This document shows, one piece after another, positions 1 through 8,968 of a DNA stretch of 27,333 nt. The stretch is from contig CAYLZE010000048.1 of NCBI GenBank assembly GCA_964388035.1, positions 1-27,333 of the forward strand, in the 5' to 3' direction. Each line of letters starts with the position of its first letter. Position 1 is the stretch's first letter. Source of the stretch: an uncultured archaeon. GTDB lineage: Archaea; Asgardarchaeota; Lokiarchaeia; Sigyniarchaeales; SOKP01. The notes under the pieces are model-generated. The model was not told the DNA's origin. It saw nothing but the letters and a program-made list of their open reading frames with translations, and made no database searches. A program made the position numbers and the translations under genes.

Positions 1-1457
1 TTCATTAATTCCTTCGTAACTGGCGTGCAACCTAAGCAATCCTTGAACTGTCGCATGAATTCCATATCTATTGGTTCATTGGCATCTTTCCAGCACTTTT
101 TCAATAATTCGTCTGCTTTATCCGGTGCTTCCTCAATAATATTTTGAAGTAATTTAGGATCCTTATTCACGTCATAAAGGTTTCCTTCTTCAGTATCCCA
201 AATATACCCGTTGTACCAAAAATCTCCGTCATAAACGGCTACAGAGCCACCCCAAGCCACTGTGACATGATCGTAATACGATAATCCTTTATCTTGAACT
301 AAAGGTAAAAGATCTTTCCCGTCCATGTTATTCGTCGATACGCCGCATGCTTCCCCGATTGTTGCGGAAATATCTTGATGATAGCAAAATTTATCACAAG
401 TCTTACCACTTCCCTCCCCGCCCGGAAATCGAATCATTGCAACGAGATCAGCGACTTCACGTCCTAAAGGCATTGCGGCTTTCGCAACGAGGCCGTGTTC
501 TCCTAGCATATGTCCGTGATCGGATACCACAGCGATGATCGAGTCATCCCAAATGCCAATCCTCTTGATATAATCTATAAAATAGCCAAACCAAGTATCA
601 ACAAGAGATACTTCACCAGCGTATTTAGTTTTCAAGTTTTTAAGTTCTTGTTCGGTTAGGATGCTTGCGGGACCGTAAAGTGAATGCGAAATCTTTCTGC
701 ATCCCTTTTCCCAATCCGGGTCTTTTTCATACATGCGAATATAATGGAGGGGTGGATTCCATGGTTCATGAGGGTCAAATGACTCCACTGTCATGAATCC
801 CTTTCCTTTAGTTAGGACGTCATAATTCATATCCAGCCATTCTCCAGCCGCACGGAACACTTGAGCTGGGAAGCTATCACTTTCGGAGCGCCACCAGTGA
901 GTGTTTTGCAGGAATTGGCGCATCATGACTTGGGCAAAGACTGAACCTGCAGTAATCCCATCTTTCTTAGAAGTGAGATACTCATTTAAAATTTCATCGG
1001 AAACACGCGGTCCAGAAAGAAATGCATCTTCTTCTTGCCCACGGATCCATTGCCATTGAGTAAATCCACGCTGAAAATTATATCCCGGTTTGAATTGGTG
1101 ATATACATCCGAAAATAAGGCCGATCTATATTTCTTTCGATTAAACCTCTCTGCCAATGTATCTTGTTTTTCTGAAATACAGCCCCATCCCGGTGCTCCA
1201 AGTGCATCCCCTATGAAGTCCCCTCTTCCCGCTTTTGTTATACCGAGTTTATCATCCGTAAAAGGAAACATTCGCTTCCCTGTATAGAGTGCCTTTCTCA
1301 CGGGGAGCGTTGGTAAGGAATCTGGATACATTCGGGTGAATTTAACCGATTCTTGCGCAAATTTATCCAAATTAGGGGTCCTGATCCAGGTATTCCCATA
1401 ACATCCCACATGGTCTTGCCTTAAAGTATCCAACACGATTAAAATTGCATTTACCAT
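1..1457 (-). CDS. Sulfatase-like hydrolase (alkaline phosphatase superfamily), 3' end beyond window
   Basis: Absent from the ORF track because it runs off the left edge. Manual translation from ATG 1457: MVNAILIVLDTLRQDHVGCYGNTWIRTPNLDKFAQES...SLPTLPVRKALYTG...FDPHEPW...YAGEVSLVDTWFG...VSDHGHMLGEHG...NLYDVNKDP. These are typical sulfatase-fold motifs (DTLR, TPNLD, DPHEP, SDHG). Confidence 0.9.
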   Translation of the reverse strand, partial: MVNAILIVLDTLRQDHVGCYGNTWIRTPNLDKFAQESVKFTRMYPDSLPTLPVRKALYTGKRMFPFTDDKLGITKAGRGDFIGDALGAPGWGCISEKQDTLAERFNRKKYRSALFSDVYHQFKPGYNFQRGFTQWQWIRGQEEDAFLSGPRVSDEILNEYLTSKKDGITAGSVFAQVMMRQFLQNTHWWRSESDSFPAQVFRAAGEWLDMNYDVLTKGKGFMTVESFDPHEPWNPPLHYIRMYEKDPDWEKGCRKISHSLYGPASILTEQELKNLKTKYAGEVSLVDTWFGYFIDYIKRIGIWDDSIIAVVSDHGHMLGEHGLVAKAAMPLGREVADLVAMIRFPGGEGSGKTCDKFCYHQDISATIGEACGVSTNNMDGKDLLPLVQDKGLSYYDHVTVAWGGSVAVYDGDFWYNGYIWDTEEGNLYDVNKDPKLLQNIIEEAPDKADELLKKCWKDANEPIDMEFMRQFKDCLGCTPVTKELM

Positions 1458-1920
1458 TCTAATTCTCCAACTTTTCTATTCTTATAATTAATTGAGTTAA
1501 CTTGAATATAAGAGAGAAATAAGCTTAAAGTTCTCTTCTTTGTTATCTGTAAAAATTGTAAAGCAGTATCCTATATTCATATTAACAATTATATAATTTT
1601 TATAATTAATTGAAATTAAAAAAAACCTAAGATTTTATTAAAACCTTTTTTCAAGCAATCGATTAAGTCTCTGCTTTCAAGAAGAATGCCTGTTTAATAA
1701 GATATAAGGGGATGAAAAAGTGAATGAGACGAGGATATAACAATTATATTGAGTTAATCCATTATAAATCTGTTTTATGACGATAAAATCAAGACGTGCT
1801 GAGAATAATTACCTTATATTTATCAAATGAATAAATAGAAAATAATGCTTTAAGAGATTAATATCCCCGACAATTAATTATAAGAGAGAAAGATACAACA
1901 GCTAACAAGCAACTAAACTA

Positions 1921-1933
1921 ATAAAGCTTAAAA
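1921..1933 (+). promoter_or_regulatory. Putative archaeal BRE/TATA promoter
   Basis: ATAAAGCTTAAAA about 30 nt upstream of ATG 1963; the AT-rich background makes this weak. Confidence 0.3.
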
Positions 1934-1962
1934 CTTTTTGAGGATATCCTCTTTATTGACAT

Positions 1963-2187
1963 ATGATAAAGAAAATCATTAAATCTAATCTTAATATTAT
2001 TATTTTTATCATAATAGCCATTAATCTATTAATTATTCCGTCCTATGTACTATTCAATACAAAATTGGTGGAATTAGACATTCCTTTAAATTCAATCATT
2101 CTTATTTCATGGTTGGCAACTTTTATCGTTTCTATTCTTTTGATGATTCTAATTCGGGTTTTAGAACGAGAGAAAAAGAAAGAATAA
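1963..2187 (+). CDS. Small 2-TM membrane protein, hypothetical
   Basis: 74 aa, two hydrophobic helices, basic N-terminus and charged tail (EREKKKE). Confidence 0.6.
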   Translation: MIKKIIKSNLNIIIFIIIAINLLIIPSYVLFNTKLVELDIPLNSIILISWLATFIVSILLMILIRVLEREKKKE

Positions 2188-2472
2188 AGCTTCATTTAAT
2201 TTACGTGAACTTTTCTTACCTTTCATTATACAAGCTGGAAAAGTTAAAATTCTCGTGCGTTTACTTTTTGGTTTAATTTGAAAAGAGGAAAGTATCTTAA
2301 TTTTTGAGGATCCACATACTTTTGACCAATGGTTGATATGCATTTATTTTAGATTAAAATGCATTGATTATAAATGATCCAATATTTACATGAGCATGAT
2401 TATTATTAAATATATATCATAAATATAAAAAGACCAAAAAGATAGAAAAAAATAAGAGGAGCATTTCATAAC

Positions 2473-2910
2473 ATGGAAAATAATAAAATTGAAATAAAAA
2501 ATTTGACAAGGCTTTACACGCTCGTTTTATTAAAATTTAACAACATTATTTCGGGATATTCCATATTAAAACTTTTGGAAAAGGATCTTGGAAAAACCGC
2601 AAGTCCTACATATGTATATGATTTTCTAAATAAACTCGAATCGAATGGATATATTAAAAATTTAAAGCCATCAAAATCAAAGCGTTCTAAGGGATTCCAA
2701 CTCACATCAACGGGTAATGAATTTGTTAATAGTATTTTAACCCGATTCGATAATTTAATACAAGTTGCAATACAATCCAAGTTAAAAATATGCGTTAGCT
2801 GCGGAGTTAAATTGTATGAAGACTATTATTCGGAAAAGATAGGAGACAAGGAATATTATTTCTGTTGTGTGCACTGTGCTAAGGCATATAAACAAAATCT
2901 CAATCAGTAG
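2473..2910 (+). CDS. PadR-family winged-helix regulator with C-terminal TRASH/YHS-type metal-binding domain
   Basis: PadR-like ISGYSILKLL...SPTYVYDFLNKLESNGYI...FQLTSTG; C-terminal CVSCG-x17-YFCCVHC; SD-like GAGGAG upstream. Confidence 0.85.
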   Translation: MENNKIEIKNLTRLYTLVLLKFNNIISGYSILKLLEKDLGKTASPTYVYDFLNKLESNGYIKNLKPSKSKRSKGFQLTSTGNEFVNSILTRFDNLIQVAIQSKLKICVSCGVKLYEDYYSEKIGDKEYYFCCVHCAKAYKQNLNQ

Positions 2911-3039
2911 GTTTGATAGAATATCTTCCTAAATATAAAAAGAATAATTCTTCTTATTTAATTTCTCAAATAAACTTAAAGATAAAAAATTCGGTAATAA
3001 ACGTAATTTAAGTAAAAGAAAAAAAAATTGTATTCTGAA

Positions 3040-4473
3040 TCAAGAATGTAAATCTTTAATATCTATCCGCTCAGAATTATTCTTAAAAAATAACTTTTTT
3101 AGGGGTTCCAATGCTTTTTGATTCAATTCTTGTACCTTTTTTTCGTATGTGTCTCGAAAATGCTTTATTTCTTTTGGTAGAATTATATTAGGACTTTCTG
3201 GGCATACGATTCCATTATTCCTAATGATCCACCCTCTATGTTCGAGAGATGTAAGATTTTTTTCAATGATTGATTGCTCGATATTTAATGAGTCTATCAA
3301 TAATTCTTTTTTAGTTTCTCCTAAGGAAATTAACGTTGCATATAATTGTATTTGTAAATCCGTCAAATTTAAATATCTCAAGGTCATTAAGGTTTCTTCA
3401 TCGAAGTTTGAGATTCTTAACTTCTTTCGTGAAGAAGCTTTCTTTATTTTAGAAAGATCTGCTTCCAGATCAATTGTTATCGAGCCCTCTTCGAGTGCAG
3501 TATTAAATACCCTTTCCCCGATGTTATTTCGTATTATCACGCTATTCCAATTATCGGAAGGAGCCCCCGTGTTTCCCACGGAAATATCTGCATATTCTGC
3601 CGTATAATCCTTGCAATCCTTACAAGTAGACCATTCATAAGGTAAGATTTCCTTTAAAGGTACTTTAATGGACGTACCGTCATTTTTTAAGAGAATAAAT
3701 TTTCCCCGAGAAATATCCATCTTAGTAATGTCAGAGAGACTCAGATTTAATTTCTTTTTTATGAAAGTATCCAAAAGGTCATTGGAAAAATTTGCAGAGC
3801 AATAGAGACCGATAATTAGAGTAAAACTACTTAAAAATTCAGAAAGTGGGGGATAAACTTGTAATTTTCGCACAGCTTTTATTTGGCAAGGCATTCCAAC
3901 AAAAGCTAATTTTTTAAGATTGTATTTTTCAATCGCTTCTCTATATGGTACTAACGATGGAGCTATGGTATATTTAGAACCCATTGCAGATAGAATCTCT
4001 TCAGGAGTCTGGGCAATAATAGGCTTAGGTTTCCAATCCAGACCTCGATCGGTAAGAAGCACACCATCAATATAGCCCATTTCCAAGGCATGAATAAGTA
4101 ATGTGCTCACGATACCTCCATTCTGAGCTGCTTGTAAAATTCGTTTATGGGTGCTTTTTGCAATAACTATTTTTCTATAAGTTCCTAATAAAACATCATT
4201 TTTTGCTCCATCCTTAAAAAATTTGGCTTGCACGATGTCTTTAGGGAACTGGGTTCTTGCACAATATCGAAAGCATAAGGAACATTCGGGATCATAATCT
4301 TGAAGTGAAGGTTGTTCCTTAACTAACTCAATTCGAGGACATAAGGAAGAACATAATCCACATAATATGCAATTTTTTTCATCTACTACTAATTCTTTCA
4401 AATCTTGAAATCCTACTCCAAGATGGAAAGCTTCAAAGGAGTTATTTTCCTTTTCTTGGCATTTTTTCATCAT
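3040..4473 (-). CDS. Coenzyme F420 hydrogenase/dehydrogenase beta-subunit (FrhB/FdhB/FpoF family) with N-terminal ferredoxin and C-terminal TrmB-like wHTH
   Basis: CILCGLCSSLCP and CSLCFRYC; FrhB motifs QNGGIVSTLL, GSKY, VGMPCQ, IGLYC, CKDCKDYTAEYADISVG; about 120 extra C-terminal residues (LRYLNLTDLQIQLYATLISLG...LTSLEHRGWI...) resembling the TrmB N-terminal domain. Confidence 0.88.
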   Translation of the reverse strand: MMKKCQEKENNSFEAFHLGVGFQDLKELVVDEKNCILCGLCSSLCPRIELVKEQPSLQDYDPECSLCFRYCARTQFPKDIVQAKFFKDGAKNDVLLGTYRKIVIAKSTHKRILQAAQNGGIVSTLLIHALEMGYIDGVLLTDRGLDWKPKPIIAQTPEEILSAMGSKYTIAPSLVPYREAIEKYNLKKLAFVGMPCQIKAVRKLQVYPPLSEFLSSFTLIIGLYCSANFSNDLLDTFIKKKLNLSLSDITKMDISRGKFILLKNDGTSIKVPLKEILPYEWSTCKDCKDYTAEYADISVGNTGAPSDNWNSVIIRNNIGERVFNTALEEGSITIDLEADLSKIKKASSRKKLRISNFDEETLMTLRYLNLTDLQIQLYATLISLGETKKELLIDSLNIEQSIIEKNLTSLEHRGWIIRNNGIVCPESPNIILPKEIKHFRDTYEKKVQELNQKALEPLKKLFFKNNSERIDIKDLHS

Positions 4474-4558
4474 TTTTTTTAGCCTTGTATCGATTGTTAT
4501 TTACGGACCGAGCTAAAAATCCAACCATGAATCTTTTTCAGATAAACTTTTATTACCA

Positions 4559-4687
4559 AGCGAACAAATCCAGAAAGAGTATCAGAAAAAGATCAAGCGG
4601 ATTTGTTTCGCTCATAAAATAATTACTACAATAATTTCGATGATCCTTGATAACAAGGAATTATTTAATATCGATATTGTAGAATTA
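4559..4687. repeat. Two tandem imperfect inverted repeats (hairpins) upstream of the frhB-like gene
   Basis: AGCGAACAAATCC (4559-4571) pairs with GGATTTGTTTCGCT (4599-4612, one bulge). AATT(A)CTACAATA(ATT)TCGAT (4621-4641) pairs with ATCGATATTGTAGAATT (4671-4687 region) and encloses TCCTTG-ATAA-CAAGGA (4644-4659). Confidence 0.6.
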
Positions 4688-4725
4688 CTCAAAATGATCA
4701 CTTATCATAAATATAATTTTGGACA

Positions 4726-4740
4726 TTTATAAATATTTTG
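4726..4740 (-). promoter_or_regulatory. Putative BRE/TATA promoter for the frhB-trmB-like transcript
   Basis: Minus strand reads CAAAATATTTATAAA, an A-rich BRE-like element followed by TTTATAAA. Confidence 0.35.
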
Positions 4741-5024
4741 ATTATAATGTTATATTTTTAACATTTATAGAATTTTCAAGAGTAAATATTATCAATTCAA
4801 TAAAAAAATATTCATAAAATAATTTAACAAGAGGAATAAATCACTTTTACAATTCATATTGACAGATGTCTTGCATGTTAAAATTTAATAGTTTCAAGAA
4901 TACTCCTATATTAAAGCCCCAATCCGAGCATGCTTTTAAATTAGATTCATGCGAGTTATTAAGTAATGATATCTTTTTATTAACATCCTATTCTAAATTG
5001 AAGTACAAAAAAAATCAAATTAAA

Positions 5025-6128
5025 ATGGTCATTAAAAAACCAACTATAGTAATAGACAAAGGAATAACCATTAGTAAGATAACTGAAATGGCTAATAAAG
5101 CCAAATTGAGCGCAGCAAGATTTAGACCACATTTCAAAACGCATCATTCTGCCGAGATCGGAGAGTGGTTTAGACAAGCAGGCGTGTCCTCAATTGCAGT
5201 TTCGACTTTAGATATGGCTGAATATTTTACACAATATAATTGGAAAGACATCATGATTTGCATTCCCATCAATATTCTTCAAATTAAAGAAATCAATGAT
5301 TTAGCCAAGCGAGTAAATTTACATGTTCTTATTGATTCTATTAAAGTTATTGAACACGTTGGAAAGGAATTAAACAATAATCTCAACATTTGGATTGAAA
5401 TCGATGTGGGCTATAAAAGGACGGGAATATCCTCTGAAGAAATTGATAAAATCTTACGGGCTGCTCATTTAATTCAAAATCAAGACAAGATGCATTTAAA
5501 AGGGATCCTCACCCATTCAGGACATGCGTATCATGCTCATTCTATAGAGGAGATAAAAAGTATCCACGCAGAATCAATTCATAGAATGAGAAATATTAAA
5601 AGGATTTTAAATGAAGGGGGTTTTTCTAATATTGAGATTTCAATTGGTGACACTCCCTCGTGTAGTATTATCCAGCAATTTGAAGAGGATATTGATGAAA
5701 TTAGACCGGGTAATTTTGTATTTTATGATCTTGCGCAATTTAGAATTGGTTCTTGTTCAATAGAAGAGTTATCCATGACCGTTGCTTGTCCTATCATTTC
5801 AAAACATTCCGAAAGATCAGAAGTCATAATTTATGGAGGAGGAACTAGTCTTGGGAGAGAATTTTACGTATCGAAAGAAGGGAACAAAATATATGGATTG
5901 GTTTGTAAGGGAGCGGATGATGGACATTGGACGGAGCCGATGGAGAACGTATTCTTAAGTTCTTTATCTCAAGAACATGGAAAGGTAATCGGACCTTCTG
6001 AAATCATACGTCAACTCAAAATTGGAGACATTTTATATGTTCTTCCCGTACATGCTTGTCAAGCTGCGACGCAACATGGGCATTATCAATTAACAGACGG
6101 CACCATTTTGAGCAAGTTTAGACCATAG
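5025..6128 (+). CDS. Fold-type III PLP enzyme, D-threonine aldolase / D-serine dehydratase family
   Basis: RPHFKTH (PLP lysine), EIDVGYKRTG, SIGDTP, EIRPGNFVFYD, SLSQEHG, LPVHAC. Start placed at ATG 5025 (MVIKKPTIVID); the 53 upstream codons in the ORF track look non-coding. Confidence 0.88.
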   Translation: MVIKKPTIVIDKGITISKITEMANKAKLSAARFRPHFKTHHSAEIGEWFRQAGVSSIAVSTLDMAEYFTQYNWKDIMICIPINILQIKEINDLAKRVNLHVLIDSIKVIEHVGKELNNNLNIWIEIDVGYKRTGISSEEIDKILRAAHLIQNQDKMHLKGILTHSGHAYHAHSIEEIKSIHAESIHRMRNIKRILNEGGFSNIEISIGDTPSCSIIQQFEEDIDEIRPGNFVFYDLAQFRIGSCSIEELSMTVACPIISKHSERSEVIIYGGGTSLGREFYVSKEGNKIYGLVCKGADDGHWTEPMENVFLSSLSQEHGKVIGPSEIIRQLKIGDILYVLPVHACQAATQHGHYQLTDGTILSKFRP

Positions 6129-6164
6129 ATCTGAATTTCTAATGAAAAAAAATTCTTGCAATTA

Positions 6165-7319
6165 TCAATTCCATTCTCGATATCTTTCCTTGGCATATCG
6201 CTGATAAACTTCTGGCATTCCCTTTTCTGGAACTTCTTGAGATACTTTTTCTATTTTTAAGTAATTTGTTGGGCAATTCGAAGCGCATAAGCCACAACCA
6301 ATACATAAATCCTTATTGATTTCAAAATTAAGGGTATCTTCTTTATTTGGCCAAGTTAAAATAGCATGAGTAGGGCAAACATCAAAACATCGATAACATT
6401 TTTTACATTCAACGTTCTCATCTATAACAGCTCTGAAATTCGAGGTTGCAAACATTCCTGGACGATGGAAAGTGGTTAATGCCCTGAGAATCCCACAGCA
6501 GTCCGAGCAACAATTGCAAATAAAATTCGTATCTTGCCCGTTCAATGCGGTATGAACCAAGCCTTTTTTCTCACAATCCTTTAATAATTCCAAGGTTTCT
6601 TCCCTTGTTAACCTTCTTGCCATTCCATTTTCAATGAAAAACTCTGCATTGATATCAAAGGAAATACAGGTTTCTTTTGGCTTATCACATCCCTTCCCCA
6701 GAATCTCGTGATGGACCCTACAAGAACAATTCATCACGCTGAAGGAATTCTTGCTGTTTACTATCGCTTTTATTTCTTCAAAAGGTAATACTTTTTGGGA
6801 CACATCGCCGATATCTTCATTGATATTGATTATTTTTTCTGAAGTTGTTGAAGGAATGACTCTTTGAAAGGGATAGGTAGATGCGGATATTATCGGAAAA
6901 AGAGTTCTTTCTTGATAATGTTCGAATAATTTTGCGACTCTTTTTTGCGTTTTTTCAGGCCAGATTTTAGCATTGCTAAAAAAAAATTCAAAAATGCCGA
7001 TAACAACTGGCCAGATTGCAAATTTTGCCCGTTTACGTGATTTACCTATTCGAAAAATTAATCCCTTATCCGCCAAGGAGTTCAAGGTATCTACTACATA
7101 ATCTAAAGGCTTGTTGCTTCTTTTAACAATTTCGATGGGAGAAACTCTGTCAGTAAGAGGGGCTTTAAAATGAACTAATAACTCGGCTTCTTCTTTAGTA
7201 AATAATTCTTGCAAGATTTGAATTATATCCCTTGATTTTGGAGCCCGTGTTGGCCAGCGATCCATTTTTTGTCTTAATTGTTCATATACTTCATCCGAAG
7301 GAGTACCAGTTGTAGTCAA
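6165..7319 (-). CDS. Fe-S protein: N-terminal HTH-like region, Cys-rich CNCCxxCC domain, C-terminal 2x[4Fe-4S] ferredoxin
   Basis: CSCR...CDKPKETC...ICNCCSDCCG; CKKCYRCFDVCP and CIGCGLCASNCP; TTG start. Confidence 0.85.
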   Translation of the reverse strand: MTTTGTPSDEVYEQLRQKMDRWPTRAPKSRDIIQILQELFTKEEAELLVHFKAPLTDRVSPIEIVKRSNKPLDYVVDTLNSLADKGLIFRIGKSRKRAKFAIWPVVIGIFEFFFSNAKIWPEKTQKRVAKLFEHYQERTLFPIISASTYPFQRVIPSTTSEKIININEDIGDVSQKVLPFEEIKAIVNSKNSFSVMNCSCRVHHEILGKGCDKPKETCISFDINAEFFIENGMARRLTREETLELLKDCEKKGLVHTALNGQDTNFICNCCSDCCGILRALTTFHRPGMFATSNFRAVIDENVECKKCYRCFDVCPTHAILTWPNKEDTLNFEINKDLCIGCGLCASNCPTNYLKIEKVSQEVPEKGMPEVYQRYAKERYREWN

Positions 7320-7555
7320 GTATATTCACGTAGATATTCTTATTAAATTAGTCTATTTGGGCATTACAAAAAAAATTATCCTTTTTATTTCTCAATAGAG
7401 CATATAAAATCATTATATAATATATTGGGGAATTATCATTTTCTTTTACTATAATTTAACGTGAATTTTTGAAGAGTTTGAATTCAATTTGAACCATATT
7501 GAATTAGAGGTTAATCGAAATATCTATCAAAATGAGAAAAAAAAAGATTTAAGAT

Positions 7556-8443
7556 TTAGGGCTTTTCTTGTTCGGGGTGATACCCAAGGTGACCACGAGT
7601 TAGAAAAAGAATCAAGAGTGCCGGAATACCAAAACAGATGAGAGTCGCCAAGAACATGTTGGTAACACTTACGGCTGGAAAGAGTGGTATTAAAACAACT
7701 TGAGGCATATTTACACTAGTATGAGCCAAAATTGCAATAAAGACGCTTCCTTTGGTATGGTTGAAGATCCATGTAAACACTATTGCAATGCTTAAAATCA
7801 TCAAAATGAATATAGGAAAATTTATGTAAATGGAAGTTATTCCTGAACCGGGTCCTTCCCCTTGATATTCGGGCATTAAATAATCCGGTAAATGCCAGAA
7901 TGCCCATAAGATACCCAATAACAGGGTACCCCATAAAGGTCCATAGCGTGACTGTACGCGAGGTAAGGCAAAACCACGCCAGCCAGGTTCTTCACCCAGA
8001 GGGCCACCCCCAAAAAGAACAATAACGAAATAGATTAGATAACTCACTAGTGTCACGATTGTAAACCCTTGAATACCCACAAGCGTTCCTGGTTGGATTA
8101 TAATCCCAAGTACAATCATTATTGGGATGCCAACCAAGGCGAATAAATACCATGGCCAACCAACACGCCACAGCCTTATGCGTTTTTGCAAACGATGCAG
8201 GCCTTCTTTTCCCTCAGTAACGTTAATAACGATGATTGCAGCTAAAGCTGGTCCAAATGTACGTAAGGTAGCAGATATTAGCGCAATTCCCTCTGGAACA
8301 GCGATCCATCCCGAGAGAACATACGGGATTACGAAGATCCACGATATCACGTATGTCAGAAAAAAATAGAAGAATATTGGATGTTTTTTCATCATTTTTT
8401 CAGAGTTATTGGGGGAAGCGTCTGGTATACTCGATGCAGACAT
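7556..8443 (-). CDS. CPBP family intramembrane glutamic endopeptidase (type II CAAX protease/Abi/Rce1-like)
   Basis: GEEPGWRG (EExxxR), WAFWHLP, AILAHTSVN (HxxxN); multi-TM. Confidence 0.92.
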   Translation of the reverse strand: MSASSIPDASPNNSEKMMKKHPIFFYFFLTYVISWIFVIPYVLSGWIAVPEGIALISATLRTFGPALAAIIVINVTEGKEGLHRLQKRIRLWRVGWPWYLFALVGIPIMIVLGIIIQPGTLVGIQGFTIVTLVSYLIYFVIVLFGGGPLGEEPGWRGFALPRVQSRYGPLWGTLLLGILWAFWHLPDYLMPEYQGEGPGSGITSIYINFPIFILMILSIAIVFTWIFNHTKGSVFIAILAHTSVNMPQVVLIPLFPAVSVTNMFLATLICFGIPALLILFLTRGHLGYHPEQEKP

Positions 8444-8940
8444 TATAAAAAACCTCTCATGATCATAAACTCATGTGGCTTAAAATACTTTCACTATTCA
8501 CTTAACTTTTGCATATCAATTATAACGATTCCATCGAAATATCGCTGGATCATTCGCTATCTGAGAAATATATCCATATTGCTCCAGATTGGAAAAAATA
8601 ATATTGAAACACTAAGCACGGAAAAGAGGAATACCGGCAGGGATATCTTGTTAGCAAATCTTCTCTTTCCTAAGATATGCCCTTTACCTCTACCTTTCTA
8701 CTAAATCTTATTATAAGGAAACACATTAATAAAGGAGTAGCTACAATTCTAAAAATCATGGAGTTTTAAGTTTTTGTTAGAATTCATGGAGTAAAAAGAT
8801 AAATTTGTCATGCTAAATTTAAAAAAGAATTAACGACGGGGAATTTAACCATAATTCATTGTTCTTTATTTAACACATTATACTTATTAGTAAATTGCAG
8901 AGAAATGGTATAATTTCATTCATATTAGAAGAGGGAGCGT

Positions 8941-8952
8941 AAGGTTTAAAAT
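8941..8952 (+). promoter_or_regulatory. Putative BRE/TATA promoter
   Basis: AAGGTTTAAAAT about 20-30 nt upstream of ATG 8969/8978. Confidence 0.3.
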
Positions 8953-8968
8953 AAATGAAATATGACAA

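Noticed and set aside
347-1207. ORFs 347..538 (+) and 986..1207 (-)
   Set aside because: Both lie inside the sulfatase-like gene in other frames and have no motifs.
1507-1891. TATAAGAGAGAAA present twice in the divergent intergenic region
   Set aside because: Low-complexity purine tract, plausible by chance.
2161-2343. 60-aa minus-strand ORF
   Set aside because: Overlaps the end of 1963..2187 and has no recognisable motif; it has only two Cys, too few for a Zn ribbon.
4640-4662. AUGA-containing hairpin as a eukaryote-like SECIS
   Set aside because: The helix is too short, there is no opposing GA, it is not in a 3' UTR, and no in-frame UGA at a Cys position was seen in nearby genes.
8381-8704. 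107-aa plus-strand ORF
   Set aside because: Overlaps the CPBP start head-to-head, has atypical composition and no motif.
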